From the NCBI GenBank assembly GCA_964016885.1, contig OZ024740.1, positions 87,792,001 through 87,856,000 of the forward strand: a stretch of DNA of 64,000 bases, in the 5' to 3' direction. The translations under genes and the position numbers were made by a program. How positions within the stretch are numbered: position 1 is the first letter of the stretch; each line of letters begins with the position of its first letter. This document shows, one piece after another, positions 53,003 to 64,000 of the stretch. The DNA is from Eledone cirrhosa (Eukaryota). The notes below the pieces were generated by a model. It was given only the letters and a program-made list of their open reading frames with translations, ran no database searches and was not told where the DNA came from.

Positions 53003-53680
53003 GAATGCTATGGTTGACGGAGGCTCGGCTCTGTAAGGTATTGTAAATTTTCACCGCTATAACAATTGTAAATTGTTTAAAACTTTAACCAACTTGTAGA
53101 CAAAAACACCCTCCTCCTCGTGAGAGGGGTCTTTCTGCCCGTTATTTGGCCCTTCGGGGTTAAATAAACGCTTATTGGGGTTTTGTGCCCAATATTTATT
53201 TTAAACAAAAAAAAAAAACATGGCTACGAAAAAGAATTTTCATAGGTCACTCCCACTCATTCCGTCTTCTTCTTCCTCAATCGTCACTACAGCAGAGAGA
53301 AGATTGTCTCTCTCCCTCCCTTCTCTAAATGTGTCTCTCTCCCTCCCTTCTCTTTCGCAAGCGACGCCAGAAAAGAAAAATCACGTGCAAAGCGTGTAAG
53401 ATTTCTCCACGACGACGACGACAACGACGAAAAAGGTGTGCGGGAAATACGAAAACCCATTTCATTCGTCTGACGTCAGGAATAATAGCAGTAGCAGCCG
53501 TAATAACAGCAGCAGCAGCAACCTGTTTCAAGGAAAACAACAGTAGCAGCCGCAACAGAATCAGCAGCAGCATAAACAACAACAGCATTAGCAGCAACAG
53601 CAACAACAACAGCAGCAGCAGCGGCGGCGGCAGTAGTCGTAGTACCTGCAGCAACAACAAAAGTAACAGCAGCTCTGACG

Positions 53681-53711
<31 letters not shown>

Positions 53712-55967
53712 AGACTCCACTGCAAACATCACCAACAACAAGTGAAAGAGTGGAGCTGGTACCCCTCCCCGACCTCACAGAATCAGACATGGAGTGTGAG
53801 GTGGGAGAGAGATGGCAAAAGGTCGTAAGAAGGCACAAACGCAGAAGCAGCGCATCGTCGCCTTCGAAAAGGGAGGAAAGAAATGAAAAAAGGGTAAAGG
53901 CTACTGCAAAGAGACTCACAGCAGCAACACCACCAACACCATCACCACCCACACTAGCACCACCATCACCACCGGCGACAACCCCACCGCCAACAACAAC
54001 AACACCTTCAACACCACCACCACAAGCACCAACATTGCAAACACAACAACAAAACACACACACAAAGCAACAACGACAAGAAAATAGCAGAACCACACCC
54101 CACCCCCAGAAAAACAAATGCACGGCAATAAATACACACAACAAGAAACTAATGACTTACATAATTGAACACACAGACATTTCACAACACGACTACATAA
54201 TACCAGCACCAATCAAAACGCCAACGAACATAAGACTGCTAAAAATAGCACAGAAACAATACACAAACATTAAAACGAAATTCCCCAACGCAGTTGGTGA
54301 TTTCAGAGACCTAGGAGGGGCTCTCAACCGGAGAGTATATTCGGACATACTCATAGAAGAGCCGACGACCAGCCGAAATGACGATTCCACGGTCATTTCA
54401 CCAGACGATAAAATGAAAAGGGTGGGAGAAACCATCCTTCCTCTACGAAAAGTACGGTAAGTGGTCTTTCCCATCTTTTACACTCTATTTTAAACATGAC
54501 CTCACTCAGAATAGGCAGCATAAATGCGTGTGGCTTGGGGTTGTCATGGAAGCAGGGTCACCTGCTCAACGACCTCAGGTCACTAAACATAGATGTAGTG
54601 GCCACCAGCGAGACCAGAATCTCCGAAGCACGGGCCTTCGCACCGATCTTCGGCGGCTACGATGTGTACGCATCTCCCAGCCGTCCTGGATCGGGGGGAG
54701 GAGTTGCTGTGCCTTTTCGGAGAGGTTTGGATCTCGCCATACGAGCCATCTTCCTGGACCCAGAGAGTAAGTTGGTGGTGCTGGACGTGACCAGCAGAGA
54801 CGGGCAAGCTTTCAGGCTAGTGGCCGTCTATGCACCGACAGGAGCAAGGCGGCCTGATTTCTTCCGGCGTCTGGAGACCTTTCTTGGACATCTCCACCTC
54901 TTCCTCGACGGTGATCAGGTGTGGTCGCCGTTTGCTAGACACGTATTTCCCCAGCTCATTTTCTTGACGGAGCTACAGTCCTGGGTCAAGCGAAGACCGA
55001 GAGGGAGGGCCTGGAGACTGGAATGTCTTCAGGCGCTAACAGCCCTCGACCAATCGGGCAATGTGATCGGTGGAAACTCCACCTTGGCGTTCTATAGAGG
55101 ATTAGTGGAGGGGAAGAGCGACGACGTACTTGGGGAAACTCTAGGCGTTGACGAAAATCAACTAGCCAATCTCTTCGGAAGAACTTTCGGGCCGGGACCT
55201 ATGGACAACTTCCAGAAATCTGTGGCCTGGCAGTGCTACCGAGGAGCCTTGCCAGTTCGGGATAAACTCTACACGCATGGAGGTGCCGTCAGCCGGGCAT
55301 GATCGAGATGCGCGCAGGGCGACGAAACCGTCCTGCACGCACTCGTCCAGTGTCCGAAAATTTCTGACTTGTGGGTTTATGTCGAACACCTGCTGTCGCG
55401 TGTAGGACGGATCCGGCTATCATCTGAGTCCATCGTGAGGATTGCCCCGCCCTCTTCCTTTAGCCGGGAAGGGCAGGCAGTTTTTATCTGTCTGGTGGCC
55501 ATGGCGAAAGAGATAGTATGGTGGACACGTTTGAAAGGGCTGAAGACGAGCACTTACCTCTTCGGTGATGCCCTGATTAACTTTTTCAAATTTCATTTGA
55601 AAAGGAAAATCAGGGTAGAGAGGGAAGTGCTCTCTTCGCAGCATTTTGTTGAAAGATGGGTGAGAGAAGCAAGAATGGCCCGAGTGAATGGGCCTACTCT
55701 GAGTACGTATCTGTAAATTAAAGGTGGAAAACTGGGAGAGGGCACTTTCCTTGGTGGTCAGGGTCACTGTGGCCTTTTACTGGGCTTTCTCCACAAATGT
55801 CCCTCCGAAGTCTCCCCCCTATTGGGGAATTTTTCATTGTTATTTTTTTGGTACATTCTCTGTTTTTGTTTTTTACACGCAGAAATGCCCATTTGTACCG
55901 TCCTGTATTGTCCCGCACTGTCCTTAATGTCTACTTTATGTAAACCCTTGTGGTTAATAAAGAAATC
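53003..55967 (+). mobile_element. Internally deleted non-autonomous Tx1-like copy
   Basis: Both termini intact with (ATT)n flanks; deletion in ORF1 near 53710 and an in-frame 2199-bp ORF2 deletion at 54888 removing the RT; premature TGA at 55300. Confidence 0.92.
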
Positions 55968-56199
55968 ATTATTATTATTATTATTGAATGCCATGGTTGA
56001 CGGAGGCTCGGCTCTGTAAGGTATAGTAATTTTTAACCGTTAAAACAATTGTAAATTGTTTAAAACTTGAACCAAATTGTTGATAAAGACACCCTCCTCC
56101 TCGTGAGAGGGGTCTTTCTGTCCGTTATTTGGCCCTTCGGGGTTAAATAATCAGTTATTGGGGTTTTGTACCCAAAATTTCATTTTAAGCAAAAAAAAC

Positions 56200-58299
56200 A
56201 TGGCTACCAAAAAAAAAAAATTTCATACGTCACTCCCACTCATTCCGTCTTCTTCTTCCTCAATCATCACTACAGGAGAGAGAAGATTGTCTCTCTCCCT
56301 CCCTTCTTTAAATGTGTCTCTCTCCCTACCTTCTCTTTCGCAAGCGACGAAAGAAAAGAAAAGTCTCGTGCAAAGCGTGCAAGGTTTCTCCACGACGACG
56401 ACGACAGCGACGAAACAGGTGTGCGGGAAATACGAAAACCCAGTTCATTCGTCTGACGTCAGGAATAATAGCAGTAGCAGCCGTAATAACAACAGCAACA
56501 GTGACAATGAAAACAACAGTAGCAGCCGCAACAGCATCACCAGCAGCATAAACAACAACAGCATTAGCAGCAGCAACACCAACAACAACCACAGCAACAG
56601 CGGCGGAGGCAGTAGTCGTAGTACCTGCAGCAACAACAAAAGTACCAGCAGCTCTGACGACAACAACAACAGCAGAGAAAAACCAATCTCATTTGCAGGT
56701 ATTGCGAAAAACCTGGAAACAATCCTCATAACAAATGAGGAATTAGAGGAAGCGAAGAAGATGGTGACAAAGAACGGACACCGAGCAATCTGCAAGGCAG
56801 CGAAAAATTTTTTCGAAACCCAAGAGCACTGTACGGTCACGTACCGTACAGTAAGTACAAAATCCCGTAGGGTGGAAAGAGCCACAGAGGCCCAAATACA
56901 AAAAGCCTTGGGGTCTGTGTGGCAGAGGAAAACGCACATCACCCGAGGCAAAAAATACGCCACCGTAGACGTACTTTTTGCCACACCCCAGGAGGCAAAG
57001 GCCCAATCAGTAGTGACCCTAAGGAGCGAGGAAATGGTGTTGGTGCCCTCCTACTGCGGGCAAAAAATTGTGAGGGTCAAACTGACCCACGTCCCCCCCG
57101 GAATGACCCCTTCTTGGCTGGCCGCGTCTGTCCTCGTCGGAATCGAGGACAAAACAACTGTACTGCAAGTACAGAAAAAAGTAAGAGAAGATTGGGTCGG
57201 CTCCTCCATTGAGATGCTAATCCAAACCAACCAGGAGTGCATCGAAGCTATCCCGGATGTGATAGACTTCGATAACGGCACTCAACTGCCCATAAGTGTT
57301 GAGGGCAAACGCCCGAAATGCTTTCGCTGTGGATCGAAGACTCACCTCAGGGCCTTCTGCAACGAGAAGACCCTGAGAAAGGAGAAAACCCCCCTCCTCC
57401 CGAATCCGGTTCCACGGCTACCAGCAACAGGACAAGCGGCAACCAGGAACGATAGGTCCGTGGCACCCATACCCACTCCACGGAAATCAAAGACAGCAGC
57501 AGCAGTGGAAATATTAACAACAACAACAGCAATACCAAATGCAGCTGCAACAGAGACTCCAGTGCAAACATCACCAACAACAACAAGTGAAAGAGTGGAG
57601 CTGGTACCCCTCCCCGACCTTACAGAATCAGACATGGAGTGTGAGGTGGGAGAGGGATGGCAAAAGGTCTCAAGAAGGCACAAACGCAGAAGCAGCGCAT
57701 CGTCGCCTTTGAAAAGGGAGGAAAGAAATGAGAAAAGGGTAAAGTCTACTGCAAAGAGACCCACAGCAGCAACACCACCAACACCATCACCACCCACACC
57801 AGCACCACCATCACCACCGGCGACAACCCCACCGCCAACAACACCTTCAACACCACCACCACAAGCACCAACATCGCAAACACAACAACAAAACACACAC
57901 ACCCAGCAACAACGACAAGAAAATAGCAGAACCACACCCCACCCCCAGAAAAACAAATGCACGGCAATAAACACACACAACAAGAAACTAATGACTTACA
58001 TAATTGAACACACAGACATTTCACAACAGGACTACATAATACCAGCACCAATCAAAACGCCAACTAACATAAGACTGCTAAAAATAGCACAGAAACAATA
58101 CACAAACATTAAAACGAAATTCCCCAACGCAGTTGGTGATTTCAGGGACCTAGGAGGAACCATTAATCGAAGAGTATATTCAGACATTCTCTTAGAAGAG
58201 CCGACGACCAGCCGAAGGGACGATTCAACGGTCCCTTCACCAGACGATCAAGTGAAAAGGGATGTAAAAACCATCCCTCCTCTACCAAAAGTACGGTAA
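56200..58299 (+). CDS. LINE ORF1 gag-like zinc-knuckle protein
   Basis: Near-identical to 46769-48868. Confidence 0.88.
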   Translation: MATKKKKFHTSLPLIPSSSSSIITTGERRLSLSLPSLNVSLSLPSLSQATKEKKSLVQSVQGFSTTTTTATKQVCGKYENPVHSSDVRNNSSSSRNNNSNSDNENNSSSRNSITSSINNNSISSSNTNNNHSNSGGGSSRSTCSNNKSTSSSDDNNNSREKPISFAGIAKNLETILITNEELEEAKKMVTKNGHRAICKAAKNFFETQEHCTVTYRTVSTKSRRVERATEAQIQKALGSVWQRKTHITRGKKYATVDVLFATPQEAKAQSVVTLRSEEMVLVPSYCGQKIVRVKLTHVPPGMTPSWLAASVLVGIEDKTTVLQVQKKVREDWVGSSIEMLIQTNQECIEAIPDVIDFDNGTQLPISVEGKRPKCFRCGSKTHLRAFCNEKTLRKEKTPLLPNPVPRLPATGQAATRNDRSVAPIPTPRKSKTAAAVEILTTTTAIPNAAATETPVQTSPTTTSERVELVPLPDLTESDMECEVGEGWQKVSRRHKRRSSASSPLKREERNEKRVKSTAKRPTAATPPTPSPPTPAPPSPPATTPPPTTPSTPPPQAPTSQTQQQNTHTQQQRQENSRTTPHPQKNKCTAINTHNKKLMTYIIEHTDISQQDYIIPAPIKTPTNIRLLKIAQKQYTNIKTKFPNAVGDFRDLGGTINRRVYSDILLEEPTTSRRDDSTVPSPDDQVKRDVKTIPPLPKVR

Positions 58300-58334
58300 G
58301 TGGTCTTTCCCATCTTTTCCACTCTATTTTAAAC

Positions 58335-61300
58335 ATGACCTCACTCAGAATAGGCAGCATAAATGCGCGTGGCTTGGGGTCGTCATGGAAGCAGGGTCAC
58401 CTGCTCAACGACCTCAGGTCACTAAACATAGATGTAGTGGCCATCAGCGAGACCAGAATCTCCGAAGCACGGGCCTTCGCACCGATCTTCGGCGGCTACG
58501 ATGTGTACGCATCTCCCAGCCGTCCTGGATCGGGTGGAGGAGTTGCTGTGCTTTTTCGGAGAGGTTTGGATCTCGCCATACGGGCCATCTTCCTGGACCC
58601 AGAGGGTAAGCTGGTGGTGCTGGACGTGACCAGCGGAGACGGGCAAGCTTTCAGGCTAGTGGCCGTCTATGCCCCGACAGGAGCAGGGCGGCCTGATTTC
58701 TTCCGGCGTCTGGAGACCTTTCTTGGAACGTCCCGCTCTTTAGTGTTAGTGGGCGACTGGAACGGGATCTTAGATGCACGCTGGGACTGTGTGGGATTAG
58801 CGGATAGGGGTGGAGGGTGCAAGAGCCTCACCAACCTGCTCAGGCGTTTTGAACTGTCTGACAGGTACCGATTGGATTTCCCGAATGTGCCAATGTGGAC
58901 TTGGACAAACCGCATAGGGTCATCCAGATCATATCTAGATAGAGTATTTTGTAGAGAAATAGATAGGTCTAGCATAGGCTGTCCACAATTCAAGATAGTC
59001 AGCTACACGGACCACAAATTCGTGACCTGTGTGCTTGACTTAGATAGGCTTCATAGACGAGGACCCGGCTACTGGAAGCTAAACGCGTCCTTACCAGCGC
59101 GCAAGGCCTACAGAGACCGGATTAGCGAACTAGTTAAGCGGGCGTTGACGGGGGCCATCGTCAACAACAAGTGGTGGTTTGCTCTGAAAAGAGCGATTAG
59201 AATAGAATCGATTAGGTTTAGTAAGGCTTTAGCAATAGAGAAAAATAGAGCAGAGGGAGAACTAGTTAGAAAATTAGACGAGGCGCTTAGCAAAGGCATT
59301 GCGACCGACGTGCTTGCGGCGAAATTGGCCCTTGACCAATTCTTCAATGCAAAGCACGAAGGCTGCGTTGTCAGAGCTAGGGTGCGTGCTCTCAGACACG
59401 AGGGGACGAAAGCCGTTCAATGGGCCCGAGTGGCGGAGGCGCGTCGTGGCAACAAAGCCACGATCCGGTCTTTGGTGGACCACGACGGGCGCATGCTACT
59501 CGATCCCGGGCAAATGTGTGAAGCTTTTCAGCGACACTTCGCTCAGCTGTTCGGGGGCAGCGGGGGGCCGGGTAGAGGGATGGACTTTAGTGTCTACCTC
59601 GACGGACTGCCGCGGCTCTCGGCCACTGAGGCGAGGTGTTGCGAAAAGCCGATAACAGCCGCTGAAGTACGGGAGGCAATGACTGGCTGCACAAGGGGTA
59701 AATCGCCTGGTTTGGATGGTCTGCCCTATGAACTTTACGTACAGATGCCAGACTTGTTCGGAGGCCTCTTGGCGGACGTCTACTGCAACTGGCAACAGAA
59801 CGGGAGAATTCCCAGTTCTGTGAGCCGAGGAGCGGTGGCACTGCTGAGAAAGGATCCGAACAAGGGGGATAACATAGACAATTTCCGGCCCATAACTCTG
59901 CTAAACACAGAGTTTAAGATTTTGGCCAAGGTGCTAGCAAAGAGGTTGGCGCTTGTCGTTGGTGGTCTGGTGGGAGAGGCGCAGACATGCGCCATTCCCG
60001 ACAGATCCATCCACGACAACCTCCACCTCATGCGATACATCGTAGAGAGGGTAGCTAGGGAACCTGGCACGGGTGGGTCCTTGATCAATTTAGATCAGTC
60101 GAAAGCTTTCGATAGGGTCGACCATCGTTACCTAGCGGCAGTCCTGAGGGCGGCTGGCTTTGGGCCCGTCTTCAGAGGCTGGATCGCTGCCATGCACAGC
60201 GACATCTGCTCTGTGGTGAGAGTGAACGGTCACCTGTCGGAACCGTTCAACATCATGCGCTCGGTCCGCCAAGGATGTCCCCTCTCGTCCCTCTTGTACG
60301 TATTGACTCTCGAGCCATTACTGCACAAACTGGAGACGTTGAGGGGAGTCCCGCGCGAACTAGGATGCGGAAGATCCGTGTCAGCATATGCGGACGATGT
60401 CACTGTAGTGGTGTCGAACGCCAAACACATCGAGGCGATCGGCACTACACTAAGAGAATACGAAGCGGTGACAGGAGCAATGATCAACCAGGAAAAGTCA
60501 GTGGGCCTGCAGCTCGGCACCTGGAGAGGCAGGTCCATGCCGTCCAACAGCGTCGTCGGGCGCTGGACGGACGGACCGGTTAAATTGCTAGGGGTCTGGT
60601 TCGGTCCGGACCTCCAGACGGACAAAAACTGGGACGAGGTGACGAGCAGGGTGGCTTCTCTCACCCAGAAATGGGCGGAGAGGAAGCTATCCCTGAAAGG
60701 TCGAGCGGAGGTGGCTAACGCGTACATCGCGTCTGTCATCTGCTACCGCCTAACCGTCGTACCTTGTCCTAAGCCTCGCCTGACTGCGCTGGAGCGTTTG
60801 CTCTTTCGCTTTTTGTGGAAGGGACGTGCTCCGATGGTCAGGCGGTCCATCTGTTGTCAACACCCGCTACGTGGAGGGCTGGGCATGCCGTGGCTGATGA
60901 TGCGCAGGCACGCGCTCAGGCTACGACATCTCCACCTCTTCCTCGACGGTGATCAGGTGTGGTCGCCGTTTGCTAGACGCGTTTTTCCCCAGCTCGTTTC
61001 CTTGACGGAGCTGCAGTCCTGGGTCAAGCGAAGACCGAGAGGGAGCGCCTGGAGACTGGAATGTCTTCAGGCGCTCACAGCCCTCGACCAATCGGGCAAT
61101 GTGATCGGTGGAAACTCCACCTCGGCGTTCTATAGAGGATTAGTGGAGGGGAAGAGCGACGACGTACTTGGGGAAACTCTAGGCGTCGACGAAAATCAAC
61201 TAGCCAATCTCTTCGGAAGAACTTTCGGGCCAGGGCCTATGGACAACTTCCAGAAATCTCTGGCCTGGCAGTGCTACCGAGGAGCCTTGCCAGTTCGGGA

Positions 61301-61754
61301 TAAACTCTACAGGCATGGAGGTGCCGTCAGCCGGGCATGTCCGAGATGCGCGCAGGGCGACGAAACCGTCCTGCACGCACTCGTCCAGTGTCCGAAAATT
61401 GCTGACTTGTGGGTTTATGTCGAACACCTGCTGTCGCGTTTAGGACGGATCCAGCTATCATCTGAGTCTATCGTGAGGATTGCCCCGCCCTCCTCCTTTA
61501 GCCGGGAAGGGCAGGCAGTTTTTATCTGTCTGGTGGCCATGGCGAAAGAGATAGTATGGTGGACACGTTTGAAAGGGCTGAAGACGAGCACTTACCTCTT
61601 CGGTGATGCTCTGATTGACTTTTTCAAATTTCATTTGAAAAGGAAAATCAGAGTAGAGAAGGAAGTGCTCTCTTCCCAGCATTTTGTTGAAAGATGGGTG
61701 AGAGAAGCAAGAATGGCCCGAGTGAATGGGCCGACTCTGAGTATATATCTGTAA
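58335..61754 (+). CDS. LINE ORF2 APE-RT polyprotein (1139 aa)
   Basis: Near-identical to 48904-52323; all motifs intact. Confidence 0.95.
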   Translation: MTSLRIGSINARGLGSSWKQGHLLNDLRSLNIDVVAISETRISEARAFAPIFGGYDVYASPSRPGSGGGVAVLFRRGLDLAIRAIFLDPEGKLVVLDVTSGDGQAFRLVAVYAPTGAGRPDFFRRLETFLGTSRSLVLVGDWNGILDARWDCVGLADRGGGCKSLTNLLRRFELSDRYRLDFPNVPMWTWTNRIGSSRSYLDRVFCREIDRSSIGCPQFKIVSYTDHKFVTCVLDLDRLHRRGPGYWKLNASLPARKAYRDRISELVKRALTGAIVNNKWWFALKRAIRIESIRFSKALAIEKNRAEGELVRKLDEALSKGIATDVLAAKLALDQFFNAKHEGCVVRARVRALRHEGTKAVQWARVAEARRGNKATIRSLVDHDGRMLLDPGQMCEAFQRHFAQLFGGSGGPGRGMDFSVYLDGLPRLSATEARCCEKPITAAEVREAMTGCTRGKSPGLDGLPYELYVQMPDLFGGLLADVYCNWQQNGRIPSSVSRGAVALLRKDPNKGDNIDNFRPITLLNTEFKILAKVLAKRLALVVGGLVGEAQTCAIPDRSIHDNLHLMRYIVERVAREPGTGGSLINLDQSKAFDRVDHRYLAAVLRAAGFGPVFRGWIAAMHSDICSVVRVNGHLSEPFNIMRSVRQGCPLSSLLYVLTLEPLLHKLETLRGVPRELGCGRSVSAYADDVTVVVSNAKHIEAIGTTLREYEAVTGAMINQEKSVGLQLGTWRGRSMPSNSVVGRWTDGPVKLLGVWFGPDLQTDKNWDEVTSRVASLTQKWAERKLSLKGRAEVANAYIASVICYRLTVVPCPKPRLTALERLLFRFLWKGRAPMVRRSICCQHPLRGGLGMPWLMMRRHALRLRHLHLFLDGDQVWSPFARRVFPQLVSLTELQSWVKRRPRGSAWRLECLQALTALDQSGNVIGGNSTSAFYRGLVEGKSDDVLGETLGVDENQLANLFGRTFGPGPMDNFQKSLAWQCYRGALPVRDKLYRHGGAVSRACPRCAQGDETVLHALVQCPKIADLWVYVEHLLSRLGRIQLSSESIVRIAPPSSFSREGQAVFICLVAMAKEIVWWTRLKGLKTSTYLFGDALIDFFKFHLKRKIRVEKEVLSSQHFVERWVREARMARVNGPTLSIYL

Positions 61755-62054
61755 ACTAAAGGTGGAAAACTGGGAGAGGGCACTTGCCTTGGTGGTCAGG
61801 GTCATTGTGGCTTTTTACTGGGCTTTCTCCACAAATGTCCCTCCGAAGTCTCCCCCCTATTGGGGAATTTTTCATTGTTATTTTCATTGTTATTTTTGTT
61901 ACATCCTCTGTTTATGTTTTTTTACACGCAGAAATGCCCATTTGTACCGTCCTGCATTGTCCTGCACTGTCCTTAATGTCTACTTTATGTAAACCCTTGT
62001 GGTTAATAAAGAAATCATTATTATTATTATTATTATTATTATTGTTATTGTTAT

Positions 62055-64000
62055 TCCTTGAATCTCAGTCATTGATGTTGGTTAACTGGAAAGTCCGTTG
62101 GATTGAATATCAAGCCACTACCTGCAGCCTCAGATATTCAGGACGTATCGGAGGGTTCTTGCCGTTCCAAGCAAGCATGCCTTTTGAAGCGTTCCAAAAA
62201 GCGTGAAGGGGCCGATTTTCTTTAACCATCCCTGGAAACCTTTGGAGATAGTCCCCAGTGCGCCTATGACAATCGGGATCACTTTGACTTCATGGCAGTT
62301 CCAAATCCTTTTCACCTCCCACTTTAGGTCCTGGTATCGGTTAATTTTCTCCCTCTCCTTCTCTTGCACTCTCGTGTCGAACGGGCAGGCCACATCCACA
62401 ATCAGGCACGATCTTTTTTCTTTGTCCACAACCACCAGGTCAGGTCTATTGTGTTCCAGTTTTTTGTCCGTCTGTATCCTAAAATCCCACAGCACCTTCA
62501 CCTGACTGTTCTCCATCACCGCCTCTGGCCTATGCTCATACCATTTCTCAGAATGTGGTAGATTGTTTACTTTGCACAGGTGCCAGTGGATCACCCTGCC
62601 CATCACATCGTGTCTCCAGCCCTTATAGTGGGTCTGGGCTAGGTGTTTACACTCGGACACAATGTGAGCCACAGTCTCCTCTCTCTCTCCACAGATCCTG
62701 CACAGTGGGCTAGCCTCCTCCTTGTAGATATGGTGCTTCAACCACTTCGTTTTGAGGGCCTGCTCCTGCGCAGCCATTAGCATTCCTTCTGTAGCCTTTT
62801 TGAGGTCTCCTCTTCTCAACCAGTTCCATGTCTGTGGATCTCTAAATTCAGTTTTCTCAAAGAAGGTACTATGAAGGGATTTTCCCTTAAGGCTGCTCTT
62901 CCTCCTTGATGTTATTTCCTCCTTGGGTATCCCCTGGCCTACTCTCCCCTCCTTCAGTACAGCTCTGAGCATTGGCTCCTTACTATAGGTCACGTATTTG
63001 TATAGGTTGTTTTTCTCCATCTGAACACAGTCCTCTATGCTGATAAGACCTCTTCCACCCTCAGATCTCCTTAGGTAGAGTCTATCGACATCACTCCTCT
63101 TGTGGAACATGTTGTAGATAGTCAATAGCTTCCTAGTCTTCCTATCCATTTCTTTTTGTTCAGCAACATTCCATCTCAGAATTCCCGCACTGTACCTAAT
63201 AATAGACACAGCTCGGGAATTTACTGCGCTTATGGCATTTCTGCTGTTCAGATGTGACTTCAATACGCTCCTTACTCTCCGAATGTATTCAGTTCTTAAC
63301 AATTCCTTCATTTTTTTGTTCTTTATGCCATCAGCCTCCAGAACGCCCAAATACTTGTATCCTTCCTCAGAGTCAATTTCCTTTATCATCTCACCTGTTG
63401 GTATCTGGATCCCGTTACTTCTGCTCAACCTACCCCTCCTCATCACAATGACTCCACATTTACCAATACCAAACTGCATACATATATCACTGCTGAAAAT
63501 ACGGACAGTGTCAACAAGCACATCCAACTCCTTCTCACTTTTCCCGAAGAGCTTAAGATCGTCCATGAAGAGGAGGTGATTGATGGTAAGCTCTCCCCTT
63601 CCCAACTTGTATCCTGCTCTCACTTTTCGCAGCATAATGGTCAAGGGCATCAGGGCAAGGACAAACAACAGAGGGGACAGGCTATCTCCCTGGAAGATAC
63701 CTCTCTTGATCTTCACGCTTCCCAAGGATACTCCAGTTGATGTCAACTCTGTCTCCCAGGACCCCATACTCCTGCCCAGCAACTCTCTGATGTTATCTGC
63801 CACCCTGAAGATCTCCAGGCTTTTGGTGATCCAGGAATGAGGCACCATGTCAAATGCCTTTCTGTAGTCTATCCATCCCATGGCAAGATCAGTGTGTCTC
63901 CTCCTGCAATTCCCCATTACCATCTTATCAATAAGCAACTGGTCCTTTGTACCACGTGACTTCTTTCGGCATCCTTTCTGTTCGTCCGGCAACAAGTTGT
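62055..64000 (-). mobile_element. Dong/R4-like family A copy with open RT-RLE frame (62130 to beyond the window edge)
   Basis: Uninterrupted 621-aa frame with [44 protein letters not shown]; homologous to 27525-29470. Confidence 0.93.

Larger units (their letters stand above)
55986..62016 (+). mobile_element. Full-length Tx1-like LINE, copy 2
   Basis: Same junctions as copy 1; proteins differ at only a few residues. Confidence 0.93.

Noticed and set aside
46895-61805. Antisense and alternate-frame ORFs inside the Tx1 copies
   Set aside because: Shadow ORFs of GC-rich or low-complexity coding sequence; their recurrence only reflects copy identity.

Overview
Animal genomic DNA, very AT- and microsatellite-rich. 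SINE types recalled as octopus-like suggest a cephalopod, but that is inference. No host protein-coding gene can be supported; most listed ORFs are translations of (TA)n/(CA)n/(TTA)n tracts. The window is a nest of mobile DNA in two zones. (1) 1-41 kb: Penelope-like retroelement (PLE; RT + GIY-YIG) remnants and their pseudo-LTR repeats beside (TA)n tracts, with many fold-back inversions. Hand folding finds about a dozen complete type I hammerhead ribozyme (HHR) motifs in about five families, plus degenerate ones. The highlight is a 316-bp tandem array (13.5-14.7 kb; three direct units and one inverted partial unit), each unit with an HHR whose core is the compensatory U3-A8 variant (UUGAUAA). 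A diverged homolog 2 kb away has the canonical C3-G8 core (CUGAGGA) and compensatory changes in all three stems, giving a retrozyme-like system with internal covariation support. Mariner and hAT transposase remnants and SINEs are interspersed. (2) 27-31 kb and 41.5-64 kb: a (TTA)n-anchored cluster. It holds a Tx1-type L1-clade LINE (two near-identical intact 6.03-kb copies, one internally deleted copy, one 3' fragment) with exact (ATT)n junctions, and two Dong/R4-like RLE retrotransposon families in the same microsatellite in the opposite orientation, giving repeated tail-to-tail junctions. All RNA structures were folded by eye and need computational and biochemical confirmation.
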